64,000 nucleotides of DNA from Octopus vulgaris (Eukaryota): positions 119,722,001 through 119,786,000 of the forward strand of contig OX597814.1 of assembly GCA_951406725.2 (NCBI GenBank). Direction: 5' to 3'. The notes beneath the pieces are model-generated. The model saw nothing but the letters and a program-made list of their open reading frames with translations, ran no database searches and had not been told where the DNA came from. Numbering within the stretch: the first letter of the stretch is position 1; every line of letters starts with the position of its first letter. The position numbers and the translations under genes are program-made. This document shows, in pieces, positions 1 to 12,610 of this stretch.

Positions 1-404
1 ATGTTTTGAGGACGGTTGTTTGATTGTGTTACTTCTGAAAACCACATAAACGCACATGTCAACACACCCGCACAAAAAATGTATATATTATCTACAGAGA
101 CTGCTCCATATCCTTTAGAACCAATATGCATATAGGCTTGAAAGAAAACAAATCGAAATCGGTGCCAAGCTCGCGGAATATTTTTCGGGCGCGCGTGCGT
201 GCAAACTGGAACAGAATTTCTCGATACATGCTGTATTGGCTATTATTTGGGTGAAACTGTGGGTATATTCTCCGTCGATTCTTATTTTATCATTGAGTAA
301 TGATAGAAAAGTTTTGTTCGCATCACTCCCAGCCACCCATGAGCGCGCGCGCACACAAACGTATATATATGCACACACACACACTCACACACACATGCAT
401 ATAG

Positions 405-437
<33 letters not shown>

Positions 438-1438
438 TTAAAGACATAAAATGGAATTAAAAGGATTCTTTAAAACAACAACAATAGTATTGTCGTATTA
501 TTGTACCTGTAGTTCATAGATAAGATGTTGTGCAGCCAATTATCTTAAAACACAGGTGAAGGCTTCACCTCCTCAGGTGACTGTTTAAACAAGTTCCTCG
601 CTATATCCTCTCGTAATTTCGCTCTGTTTAATAATGTAAATGTAGATTGATGTGGCAGTCTTGCAGTTCACATACTGAACTAATCGTAGATTCAAAGAAT
701 GATGAGGTACATATTCAATAAAAAAATTAAAGTATTCAGATAAAAAAATACATAGATAAAAAGTCGATAAATGAAAACAAAATAAAGATATAAATGATAA
801 TATAACGAATGCTAAAAGTGTTTGTTTACCTATAAATAGTGAGAGGATATAGCGAGGAACTTCTTTAAACACTTACATAAGGAGTAGCATTCTACATTTG
901 GGATGTAAGATAATTGACTGCGCATCTGACTTACGGAGAATACAGGTGCGAGAATGCGTTTAAACAATTGTAGTGGTTTTTTAAATAAAGTATCTCGCTA
1001 GTTCCACCTTCTGTCTTTCATATATTTATATAAACTCTACGGACACTATGGAACACGTGAACTATATCCAGTAGCATGTGCATGATTGCTGCATGTTGTC
1101 TCCAGGTAGCCAATAACCGTGACGAAATTTGCACTGCATTCTACAAGGTTTTTACTCAAAACTCATTTAACTGTGTGTGTGTTTATATATATATATATAT
1201 ATATATATACAATTTTGGGGGATTAATCGATATGCGGGTATTCTATTTCAGATAATAAAAAAAATAACCTAATGAGTATATCTTACTCATGATATCAGTT
1301 TGCGCATCACGAAATAATACTTAAAGGATATAACCAAATTTCCAGCTGGGTATATATACAAAAAACCCCAAGGTACAATATGTAGATGCATATAACGTTG
1401 TAGGGTTACACCTGACTGATTTGGAAAATTGTTTTCCC

Positions 1439-1442
<4 letters not shown>

Positions 1443-1529
<87 letters not shown>
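1443..1529. repeat. (TA)n microsatellite (one of dozens in the window)
   Basis: Pure TA run of about 87 nt. Similar runs occur at about 4657, 9266, 15075, 23523, 28843, 34859, 38955, 47183, 51843, 52058, 61195 and 61720. Confidence 0.98.
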
Positions 1530-1532
<3 letters not shown>

Positions 1533-1612
1533 GGAAAGCAATTTTTAAATAAATATAAATAGAAATGATACATTTTTAAATATCTCAGAGAGATTTATGC
1601 AGTAGTGGTACA

Positions 1613-1890
1613 ATAAAGTAGTTTTATACTGTCAACTTAATATGACAGTGCCATGTAGGGAATCATACTACTGCTATTTAGGCCTAGGAAGCAGCAACGC
1701 TTCCTTCGGCCTTCACACATTTCCTGTGTCCTTATGTTTGCAAAGGGGAGATAAACACCTCTCCTTTGCAAACATAAGGACACAGGAAATGTGTGAAGGC
1801 CGACAGGAAGTGTTGCTGCTTCCTAGGGCTAAATAGCAGTAATATGATTCTATTCATGGGACTGTAATATTAATTTGACAGTATACAACT

Positions 1891-1897
<7 letters not shown>
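1613..1897. repeat. Long imperfect palindrome (fold-back), arms of about 140 bp
   Basis: ataaagtagttttatactgtcaa...gtccttatgtttgcaaagg is reverse-complemented by cctttgcaaacataaggac...ttgacagtatacaactactttat, with a short central loop. The right end runs into (TA)n. Confidence 0.95.
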
Positions 1898-1927
<30 letters not shown>

Positions 1928-4607
1928 ATGTATATATATATATATGCATACACATACTTACACACACTCACATACATAATACGTATTTGTGCACACAAGT
2001 GTTTTTTAAGCAATTTGATTAAAATCTATGTTTGTGTGCACGCATGTAAAACGTTACAATTCGTATTATGCATATGTATCGGTTTTCTTAAGCCTTCTTT
2101 TTATATTAAACATGGTAGTGAATCAATTGACATTGCATATCCGTTTGGGGCTAAACCATCACAAATAATATCTGTAAACATAGCCATGTATGTTTGTTTG
2201 AAATGTAATGCATGTTTATTTGGCGAAGAAATTCACTTCGTTAAGTGTTTAGTGTATTTAGGTCGGATTCAATAATAGTGGAATGTGCAGATGAAAGTTT
2301 CATAGAAGCTTGTCGTGTATATAACTGAATGTATTCTGTATATATATCGACGAATTAATTTTCGGAGTTCTGAAACCTCACTTCTCTTAAATATTTGTTG
2401 TACGCCGCGTTACGGATTACTCTTTTGTCAACATCACAAATCTAAATGCATTACATCAGTTGGAAGTCTGTAGCTCATGACAATATTGATAACCAAGTAA
2501 GAAAAATGATTAAAACAATATCTATAAACCGTCCGGTTTAACATTTACGAAAGTGTACGAACATTTTGTAAAACCTTTCTATAGCAGTACATGATGCTCC
2601 GGGGAGTTTAATCAGTAGTAGATATAGCATCTATTGCTGTTTTCTTCAATAACAGCGGCGATATTCCGTTGACGCTCGCTGTGTGTCAATTCCTGGGTAG
2701 CAGCGTGAAATAATAATTTGGATTTAGCCACAGAGAGAGCTACACATGCTCAAATACATGCATGTGCATACACATACATAATTGCATTGGTAATGTGTAA
2801 ATTCGTATAGATATCATTACATTTGTGCACAACACTAACACATGCAATAGTAAGTTGTATTAGACTTCATTTTTTAAGATATAATCGAAATTTCAAATTT
2901 GACAACATTTTATTTATTTATTTTTTTTTCGGTGTCTCTGCAAACGGTCTTTTACGATGTCAATGCTTTGAGTGAAAGTCACTCATTTACAAAATATAAA
3001 TAAGATAAAAAATTAGATTAATGCAAAATATTCACTTCATCACGTTTTTTCCTTGCTACCTCAAATTCTGATTAAGAAATGCATTGACTTATTTCCTCCA
3101 TGAATTCATTTTTAAAAATCGGTTGGTTATTACAAATCAGTGAATGACTCTTTGTATAGAAAATAGCTGAATATTTTTTTTTAATAAATTTTTCTCCAAT
3201 GTTGATGGTTGCTAAATTAATATTGACCCCGCTACGAGACGTCAGCTGTATGTTGCCTAATACAAATATTGGAGAACATTTTTTTTCAATCTACTATTTT
3301 AATGTATATCACTTGCAAGTCAAATAAACGTATGAAAATTCTACCCGTATTTGCTTTGAACATAAACTAAATACAAAAAAAAATAAGACATGAATATTGA
3401 ATTTATGATGGATTCATTTCAGTGTCGATACTGCCAAACATTATCGCAAAAATAGAAAGAATACGCATAATTCTTATGATATTCGTATTTTAAGGCATTG
3501 AATAGTGCAAAATATATTTAGGGAGAAAGAAAATAAAACAATATTGTAATGTTTGTTCAACGTATTGATTAGATACGAAAATGATGGTGCAAAAGATTAA
3601 AAAAATTAGCATCACAAAATGTCCAAATGTTCAATGCAGACGAAATTTGTCAGCTCTGGACAACATATGTTTCTTCTTCCCATCTCTTGTTTTATAACAT
3701 GTCTGATACCCGTTGAGTAAGGCTACAGATTGTTTACTTATATACTTTAATAGTGTGATAACGTTTCCTGACCGGATTCTTCAAGTTATGTGCATATGTT
3801 TGTGAGAATTTGCTTTAGTTGAAGCTTAGCCAACGACTAAGCTTCCTATATCCAAGTTCAGAAATAATTATATTTTATTTCTTTCACTGTCCAAGACATG
3901 TGCTCATCACTTTCAAGAGCAAATTTTATACAACAGTTTACTGTAATTCCTTTCTAATATTATCTCGAATTTAATCTAAAATTGGTACTATATCTTACTT
4001 GCTAGTAATTCAACTAAGATAATAGTGTATATATATATTTTTTTTTGTTAAGGTAAGTACTGAATTTCGTCCTTCCGATGCCCTTAATATACACTACCAG
4101 TGATATACTGAATTCGAATAAATGGGCGGATCCTGGTGGTGACAGTCTTTTTCCAGCAATAAAAATGCAGTTGAACATTTTTTGATGTTCAACTAGAAGT
4201 CAAATGTATTCAAGCAGGTATTTCATAGAAACCCTTCGGCAGTGAATAGTCTGTCTATTTATCGATGGCGTCAATTCCTTATTCAGGATTTAAAGGCCTA
4301 TTGACTGTTCATACTGGCATAATGAATGATTAGATATACATTCTCTTGGTAACTTGTTAAATAGCCGTCACGTTGTAAACATTTGAGTTTTATAGAATTC
4401 ACTCCAGTAAAAACCATTTTGAATCCAAATAGGTTATAACGGCAAAATAATCAAATAATTATTAGATATATTACTTGAACAAATTAGACTCCATGAAAAG
4501 TCCACGGTATGACTGCGTTGACCTCTACCATTTTCCCCATTATAGGCATAGACATTAGCAAAAAGCATGCATACGCACTAACCGAGGAAAAATAACGATA
4601 TATATAT

Positions 4608-4705
<98 letters not shown>

Positions 4706-5476
4706 TATATATATATCAATCAATATCCAACTAACGTTACATTAAAAGTGCATCACTAGAACGATGCCAGATTTAATACTGTTGGGATCGAAAAGTCATT
4801 GATTTTATTCTAAATGAATTGATTGCGTTCTTCTAATTCCTTGTGCAGCCTATATGTCAATGATTCATGCATTCCCAACAGCATTATCGGATGTAACATG
4901 TCTCTCTCCATATATTTAGAGCGCTACTATCGACCTAGTTATTCCTTTACTGTATATCTTGTTCCATATTTCAAACATACTCTAAACGAATATCGTTTTT
5001 TGAAAGTCGAATGAATGACAACTACCTAATTTTCATATAAATTACTTCTTTTACTGCCAGATATTTCTTTGGGAATTTATTCCATTTTTAAAATAATGTA
5101 TTCCTGTTTATTCTCAAGAACATGAATACTATTCTGGAAAGGAATGCAAAATTCACCGCATATATCATGGTTACATAATTTATTTGGTTTTTTCTTTCTC
5201 TAATTTTCGCGAATATCAAAAAGTAATATCCTTCTATACGTTACATTAAGGAGAAACCCAAATCTTTTATAGGTTCCTGTATTATAGGTGATTCAGTAGA
5301 TGTAATGACAAGTATTTAATGTAATTCTATGTTCTAGGATATTATATTAACTTCGTAGATTATTGGGCTCACTAATCGTAAATAAAACTTATATTCATGA
5401 ATTGGAAGCAAAAAACAAAAGAAATCAATTTTTTCCTGCTTCTTATTTCACAGATTATTTAAATTATATAAGAACT

Positions 5477-5890
5477 GGATCTTTTCGGTTTGAACGGCAG
5501 TATTTTCTAGCGGTGTCATATAAAATTGGCACCCATAATTATCACCCTAGTATCGATCTATTGAATTTCAATCTGTGTTAGGGTTAGGGGTGGAGGGAAG
5601 GGTATCTTTTTTTCTTCAGAAATATAAATAAGCCCAAACTTGTTTTCTTTAACGAGGGACATATTCATACGGCACAGAATGTTTTCACCTCAACAGACGT
5701 CACTGATTGGTTGAAATTGCAGAAATTAAAGAAAAAAAAACAACAAATATCATACAAACTATAGAATTTTCTCAATAAAGCTAAGAGAAAAAGATGTTTT
5801 ATAAACACATTCTACCAGTATACGAAGTTTAAAAGTGTTTAGTTACGTGGAAATTATTTTTAAAAACTGCCGTTCAAACCGAAAAGATCC
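5477..5890. mobile_element. Non-autonomous DNA transposon (MITE), possibly Merlin-like
   Basis: The 25-bp TIRs are GGATCTTTTCGGTTTGAACGGCAGT and ACTGCCGTTCAAACCGAAAAGATCC. An exact 8-bp TSD, TAAGAACT, lies at 5469-5476 and 5891-5898. GG-starting TIRs with an 8-bp TSD fit Merlin better than hAT (the superfamily call is inference). Confidence 0.9.
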
Positions 5891-7376
5891 TAAGAACTCG
5901 CATATGATCTACTTGAACCAAATTGGGGACACAAACTAACATTGCAAACCTTGATTGAAGACATCTAGTAAATATTCCGAGGTATAGCAGTAATATTTTT
6001 ATTTATGTGTTTCACTTTTAAGAATTGATGCGCACATTCTATTAGCCATTACAATATACCAGCCGTTTTGTGTGACAAATCAGGCCACCATGCTGCGAGG
6101 AAAGTGAACGCTACATTCATTAGAGATTCCTAAATTAATTAAACATAATTTGATTAATTTTCTTTAAGAATGAATTATATCTGTTTAATTGATCCTATTG
6201 GACATATTTATGTGTTTATTGATTATATGAAGTGAAATCAACGAATAAAACACAATCATGTTCTCCAAAGAATAAAAATAGCAAAGTTGTAACAAAAGTC
6301 AGTAATTACTCTAATACCCAACATAAATAATAGTGGTTTTTGAAGTAGAGGGCAAAAGAGACTGTATAAGTGCGATTGAGTATATGCGAGTATATTATAC
6401 ATCCATGAGGAACTCGCATTGGGTACATGTTATTTACATTATCTTCTGATTGATGCACACATGGACATAATATTTCAGCAAAGGAGATATTAACAAATCA
6501 TTAAATTCTTAATAGTTATACAACTGCCGTATCTATCAGCCAGTAGTGTCTATATGTCAATACAGATTTGCAAATATTATATCTTCCTACGCTGTAACGT
6601 CATGTAGAGTTTTGTTTTTTATGACTTACTGTAAGCCGGCCAGTATTCATGGTCTGTTTATTCACGTTAACTTCAGATTAATGCATACTCGGACATTATA
6701 TTTCCTTATCATCCTACATTCTAGTAATTACATAATTGTACTTTGGTCTACCTTATTTGTTTAATGATACCCTATGAAAAAACAATATCCATCTATTTAT
6801 ACTGACAATAGCGATAAACTTGCCCAGCAATCATCCAATTTCATACAGCTGCCTATATTGCAGGCCATTCAATAGATTTAGTGCCGTAATTTTCTTTACG
6901 AATAAATCTTGTATTTGTTTAATTAATTCCGTTTGATATGTGTACGTGCGCTCTTTTATTGATTGTATGCATTGCTTTAACTTCATCTCTTGATAATTGA
7001 GTCACTTTCAACGGATTCCTTTATGTTGCAAGTATTCCGAGTCGGTATTCCGGTTCCTTCATACATTTATCCCATTCGAACTTAGAGAGGCAAAGTAAGT
7101 CGTCTGAAAGAAACCCTTGGATCTGGTTGTTAGGCAAACGATGGTATGATTGAAAAAAGGCAATGTCCGGCAAGTGAAAAAACATAAACACAGGTGGTAG
7201 GTGCAGTCTTTCTTCTCTTCGGTAGCAATCCATACCGTAGTGCTTCCATCAGTAACGACCCGTAATTATATTAAGTCGGTTTATTGCATGCTGTTTGTAA
7301 CCTCTCTGAGATAATGTGATGTATAATTTCAGAAAAGATAACTTCACAACGGACGTCGAATATCTATATCGTATGA

Positions 7377-7604
7377 GGCAGTGGGCTGGCAGAAACGTTA
7401 GCACGCCGGGCGAAATGCTTAGCAGTATTTCGTCTGTCGCTATGTTCTGAGTTCAAATTCGGCCGAGGTCGACTTTGCCTTTCATGTTTTCGGTGTTGAT
7501 AAATAAAGTACCTGTTACGCACCGGGTCGATGTAATCGACTTAATCCCTTTGTCTGTCCTTCTTGTCCCCTCTATGTTTAGCCCTGTGTGGGTAGTAAAG
7601 AAAT
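7377..7604 (+). mobile_element. tRNA-derived SINE, family B (octopod type)
   Basis: Head ggcagtgggctggcagaaacgttagc, B box gagttcaaattc, and central domain gactttgcctttcat...gataaataaagtacc. Homologous to the copies at 12.2, 12.5, 15.9, 42.3 and 59.9 kb. Confidence 0.85.
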
Positions 7605-8539
7605 ATATATCATATGAATTGTGGACGTTGATTTCAGCATATCTTGCGGTGAGAGCTTGGTCTTGTACAGGATATTGCATTAAGGAACGGTTTGTTTAGC
7701 CAGGTAAAAAAACAGCTTTACTTTTATAGAGTCGGTACAAATATTACACGTTCAAAAGTAGGTATTTATTGCTGTTCCTCATATTTCCCTTATGTCCCAT
7801 CAGAACATGAGTTTTTATTGATGTTGTAGATTTAAAATAAGGTTACTCGAAATATCCAATTATTGCACCCTTTGTTTTTGCTTTTGAACTGATCTTCAAT
7901 CTTAGCAACGTTACCAACTGCCTTCTTAAGTTTTTCCTTGACTTACTTGTTTCGTATCACATCAAGGCTTTGGGTTGATTACTCTTGTGTGTATTGATTA
8001 CGGTTGACTACGCTTGTGAGTATTGATTTTGGTTGATTGTGCAGTACGTGCTTGATGTCTTGTATTACAGACTGGAATCAAAATCTGTTCCGTCCCTCTC
8101 TCATACTACAGAGCCTTTATTTTGTGACTGGTTCTTAGAACGTTTTAATGTTTCTAGTAGTAATCTTGCTATGGAAATGACATTCGATATTGTCCGGTTC
8201 TGAAAAATTAATCTTCATTTCCTATTTCTTTGAGGATTGCTTTCATACACACATATTTTCCATCTAATTCTATGTTATTTAGAAAAGGCTGAATTGCCTA
8301 GCTCTTGTATAATCTATATACTGTTATTTCATTCTTGCATTTTCTTAGTACAACTGATATTAATGGAGTTGCTGAATTTCGTAACAGTACACAGAGTACA
8401 CTCAACTTAGGGGAGGGGAACTTGCAGTTTACAAGGCATCTTATCTTCTCGTCCAACTAATATTAATATTACTGCTATATTTTAAGGCAGTACATAGACA
8501 CTTCATCAAGGGGATGAAGATGTTCACTTTATAATTCTA

Positions 8540-8800
8540 CTTTATAGAAGGGTAGACGTAAAGAACCCTGTTTTGCGGAAATACAGCAGTCACCTAAGCA
8601 TACCAGCACCCCCTCTTCCACGCCATCGTTGTCTGAGGGGAAGGCAAAGGCCGATACAGCTTGGCACCAGTGACTTCGGATCTCTTTTCTTCTGTTTAGC
8701 AACTGAAGCAATGTGAAATAAAGTGACCTGCTAAAGAACACAACACACAGCCCTGTCCGTGTATTGAACTCACTACCTCATGATTAAGAGCCTGATACCG
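8540..8800 (-). mobile_element. Degenerate tRNA/CORE-type SINE, third family
   Basis: The minus strand has a B-box-like gagttcaatac followed by a CORE-like gtgttctttagcaggtcactttatttcacattgc. Only one copy is present in the window. Confidence 0.5.
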
Positions 8801-9031
8801 AAATTCTAGTTCAAATGGCATTAACGTCCTTTCTATATTGTTTTGCAGTGCTCAGTAGTCTATTTCTGAGCAACAATGCAGCTTATAATGTTAGGTCATA
8901 CACGAGGAAGCGTGTTTGATTAACCTAGCTATTCCTCTCATGCATGTAGTATGCAACATTTTCTTTGTTACACAATCCAAATGCAATGAGCTGCACTAAT
9001 AATGAAGAGTAAAAATATTCCTGACCTGGAA

Positions 9032-9254
9032 TACTCTTTTACTTGTTTCAGTCATTTGACAGTCGCCATGCTGGAGTACCGCCTTTTAGCCGAGCAAATC
9101 GACCGCAGGGTTTATTCTTTGTAGGCTTAGTACTTATTCTATCGGGCTGTTTTGCCGAACTGTTAAGTTACGGGGACATAAACACACCAGCATCGGTTGT
9201 CAAGTGATGTTGGGGTGACAAACACAAAACACACACACACACACACACACACAT

Positions 9255-9312
<58 letters not shown>

Positions 9313-9474
9313 GACGGGCTTCTTTCAGTTTCCGTCTACCAAATCCACTCAAAAGGCTTTGATCGGCTCGAGACTATGGTAGAAGACAGTTGCCAAGGTG
9401 CCACGCAGTGGGACTGAACCCGAAACCATGTGGTTGGTAAGCAAGCTACTTACCACACAGCCACTCCTGCGCCT
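9032..9474 (-). mobile_element. tRNA-derived CORE-type SINE, family A (resembles octopus OR-type SINEs)
   Basis: Minus strand reads: head ggcgcaggagtggctgtgtggtaag, B-box-like ggttcagtccc, CORE-like ggcaccttggcaactgtcttctac, internal (TA)/(TG) microsatellite, then tail ccagcatggcgactgtcaaatgactgaaacaagtaaaagagta. Four other copies occur in the window. Confidence 0.9.
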
Positions 9475-9566
9475 CACAGCCACTCCTGAGCCTCACAGCC
9501 ACTCCTGCGCCTCACAGCCACTTCTGAGCCTCATGGCCACTCCTGCGCCTCACAGCCACTCCTGCG
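9456..9566. repeat. Minisatellite: six copies of the 19-bp unit CACAGCCACTCCTGMGCCT
   Basis: Units start at 9456, 9475, 9494, 9513, 9532 and 9551 (the last is partial). The unit is the reverse complement of the SINE 5' end. Confidence 0.95.
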
Positions 9567-10749
9567 TATGTTTTTTTTTTTTTCTGAAACTAAACAAGGT
9601 CCCAAATTTTATGATACCTTTTTTCATTTCACTACACACTGATTATCGTTACATCTAGGTTTGCACATTTGGATTACATTTCTTCGACAGATGTTTTATC
9701 TTGTTTGTTAAGATCGATATTTTAATTAGGGAGCAGTTCCATTCCTGGTGGTCAGAGACAAACATGTACGACCAGTTACCGCTGATATTCTGGCGGTGTT
9801 GATTGTTTTTATTAGTGTATGGCTACTCTGCAATATTTTGAAACAAGTGCTTCTCAGTTACTTTTTTAATATCTGTTATGAAAGTCTGAATTCTCCCATG
9901 TCTGTAAATGAATTTTCAGCTAAAACGACTAAGAATGTGGAAAATAGATTTTCCAAACGTCGACATTATATATTCTGTAGTTATTTTAAGCTTTATAAAA
10001 TGATTCTGGATTGCCTTTGCAGAAAAGCTTTGATCCTGTCTCAGTCAAGATTACTCCTCTCTTGGTTGTGGTGAGTATACTTCAATGCAACGATTTCATC
10101 CTCCATTTCCTTGTTTCTCACTTATTTATCATGCATGTGATTTTTGACAATGGTTTCAGCTTAACATTATATATTCTTATCTTGAGCTTACTTTGTGTTT
10201 CTTCCGAAACGTAGCAACTGCTTTGCGATTGTTGGTATGTTGTATTTGTTTTGTTTTTGTATTTCTTCTATTCTTTATAAGATATCTGTATAGTGCGACA
10301 GTATTCAATAAACTTTCTAGTTACATAAGTCCTCTACTTTCCAGTATCCTTGCGATATATACTAATTATTGTGAAACATGGGGCAGTTTATTCTAAATGC
10401 TGCCATTATATTATTTTTTTCTCTGTAGACTTACCAGCATATTTAGTGTTCATTTTTGTATACCATACGTTTGAGACATTTATTTATATGCATTTTCTTT
10501 TTTTCACTTTTTATGCTCACATTTAATGAAGAGTATTCCTTGTTGAGTTCTGCCTTGTTCATTATAAAATAAGTATCTCAAAATATTATCTAAGATATAT
10601 TTTCTCGTGACATCCATCTCCCATTATAATAGTCTCGCCACTTGTTTCGAATGCCAATCTCAAATAATTCCTCTATGAAATCGTATTTTTGCAGCAATGT
10701 ATCAAGTTACTTAACTACATTATTCAGTTGAAGGTACAACAAACACCTA

Positions 10750-11900
10750 CTATTTAAGTTCGTATCAACATCAATATTCGATGTCCCAGAGTGGGGCTCC
10801 GGCACAAGGTTGTTTGCCATAGCTTCTGCTCGCATTCAGCTGATTTAGCTTAAAAATTACAGAAATCCAATAAACTTGTTCAGTTGATGAATCAAGAGCG
10901 ATCGAGATCCATATGAAATTTGTTATCTGCGTCCAATCTAGTTTACCTTGTGCTTAAATGTGTTTATGTATAACGAAAAGAAAGTGTATTGAATATCCTT
11001 TCGTAATAGAGGAGTGTTTATTATTATTTTTGTTTTACATTTTGTTTCCTTATTACAATATGCAGAACTGCTTGCACTTTATTCATAGCGTATTTAATTT
11101 AACTGCGTATTGTTTACTCTTTCCATGCTTAGTAATATCGCCAAGATTTCTTAGAAAAAGTATCTTTTTAACAGATGGTTATTTTTGAGGATATCACTGC
11201 AATTGAGTCTTCTTAGTCGGCAGAAAAGTAAATTAACTTGTAAGGTTTCTTTTAATTTTGAAATTTTTTCTCTCACTGAACTAAATATACTTTGTACTCG
11301 TTTCCATATGTATCTCATTAAACATCTACGCTATCAGCTTAATGTCACTGTTCAATAATATATCACTCTTTTCCACTCACCGTTTTCGTTTTACTTAGGC
11401 CAAATTTTGTTCTTGTTATAGCCTCTCACGATTGCTGAACAACTGTAATTGGTTGTGAAAATTCCTTCTGCCTGTGGTAATTTATTCGCTGTCCATAACC
11501 CTGCCGCAAATTCTTTTATTCGATGTATTTCTTTGTTGCTCTTCACCTAGTTTTTGATCAGACCGTTCTGTGTTTTCAATGAATCTTTGTTGATTTTTGT
11601 ATCAGATTCTCAGAAATCTAGCGATATCTCCTTGTTTCAAAGAGATTACGCTTGAGAAATAGTTTCTCTTATTTTCTAACGTTATTTCTATGCTGTTATT
11701 TTCATGTCGTTAGCTTGTATATTGATAGTGCTGATTGAGAATATCTGAGGGATTACCTCCTGCCCTCTGTAAATATTTCATTTAACCTGGTGACATTGAT
11801 GTTTCTGCCCGTTTTCATTGATTCTGATTAGCTAGTGCTGTGCATCTTTCGATACAATTTTGTCTTTCTGTTTTATATTTGCAATAAGGGCCCACTTGTC
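10750..11900 (-). pseudogene. Highly decayed LINE (RTE-like) AP-endonuclease relic
   Basis: The minus strand near 11370-11410 gives K-F-G-L-S-K/(frameshift)N-E-N-G-E, resembling the RTE endonuclease motif KFGLGxRNENGE. Near 11780-11800 it gives NINVTRLNEI. Boundaries are uncertain. Confidence 0.35.
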
Positions 11901-12168
11901 TGTAAGAATAACAACTATTTTTAATTATTCAATAAGTAATAGTTTACATTACCGTTTTCTAGATTTCCAACTTTAAAATCTTACTATTTTTACATTTCCT
12001 TCAAATTCACTCATTTACGTTTTTGTTTGATCAATATTCAATTCGGCGAAAAAGTAAGACAGAAAGCAAAACGCCGCAAGAAATGACATAAGGTCATTTG
12101 TGCGATGATTTAGATATTCTAATAACACATTAATAAGGATACTATTAATGTAAAGTATCGCTAATAAT

Positions 12169-12378
12169 CCTTCCTACTAAAGGCACCATGCTTGAAATTT
12201 GGGAGGGTAGGGGACTAGACGATTACATCGACCCTAATTTTTCACTGGCACTTAATTTATCGACCCCGAAAGGATGAAATGCAAACTCGATCTCGACGGA
12301 ATTTGAACTCAGAAAGTAAAGATGGACGATAGGTCGCGGAGCATTTTACCCGGCGTGCTAATGATTTTATCAGCTTGC
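12169..12378 (-). mobile_element. SINE family B copy
   Basis: Contains atcgaccccgaaaggatgaaatgcaaactcga...ggaatttgaactcagaa, the reverse complement of the family B core. Confidence 0.8.
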
Positions 12379-12451
12379 AGGTTTAATATAGTATCATTAA
12401 TAATGATATGTCATAATGATATATAATATTAATCTACTAGCATGTATTTTT

Positions 12452-12610
12452 TTACGTTCTGGTTTCAAATTCCACGAAGGTTGTCTATGCTTATCATCCT
12501 TTCGGAGTCGATGAAATAAGTACCAGATAAGCTCTGGAAACGATGTAATCAGCATGCCAACTTCCTCAAAATTTCAGGCCTTGTTCCTATAATCGAGAAA
12601 GGAGTATTAT
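12452..12610 (+). mobile_element. 5'-truncated SINE family B copy
   Basis: ttacgttctggtttcaaattcc...tcatcctttcggagtcgatgaaataagtaccag, ending in ggccttgttcctataatcgagaaaggagtattatta. Confidence 0.75.

Noticed and set aside
9456-9566. Short regular repeats as a CRISPR array
   Set aside because: Units are head-to-tail with no unique spacers, derive from a SINE head, and lie in a eukaryotic context without cas genes.
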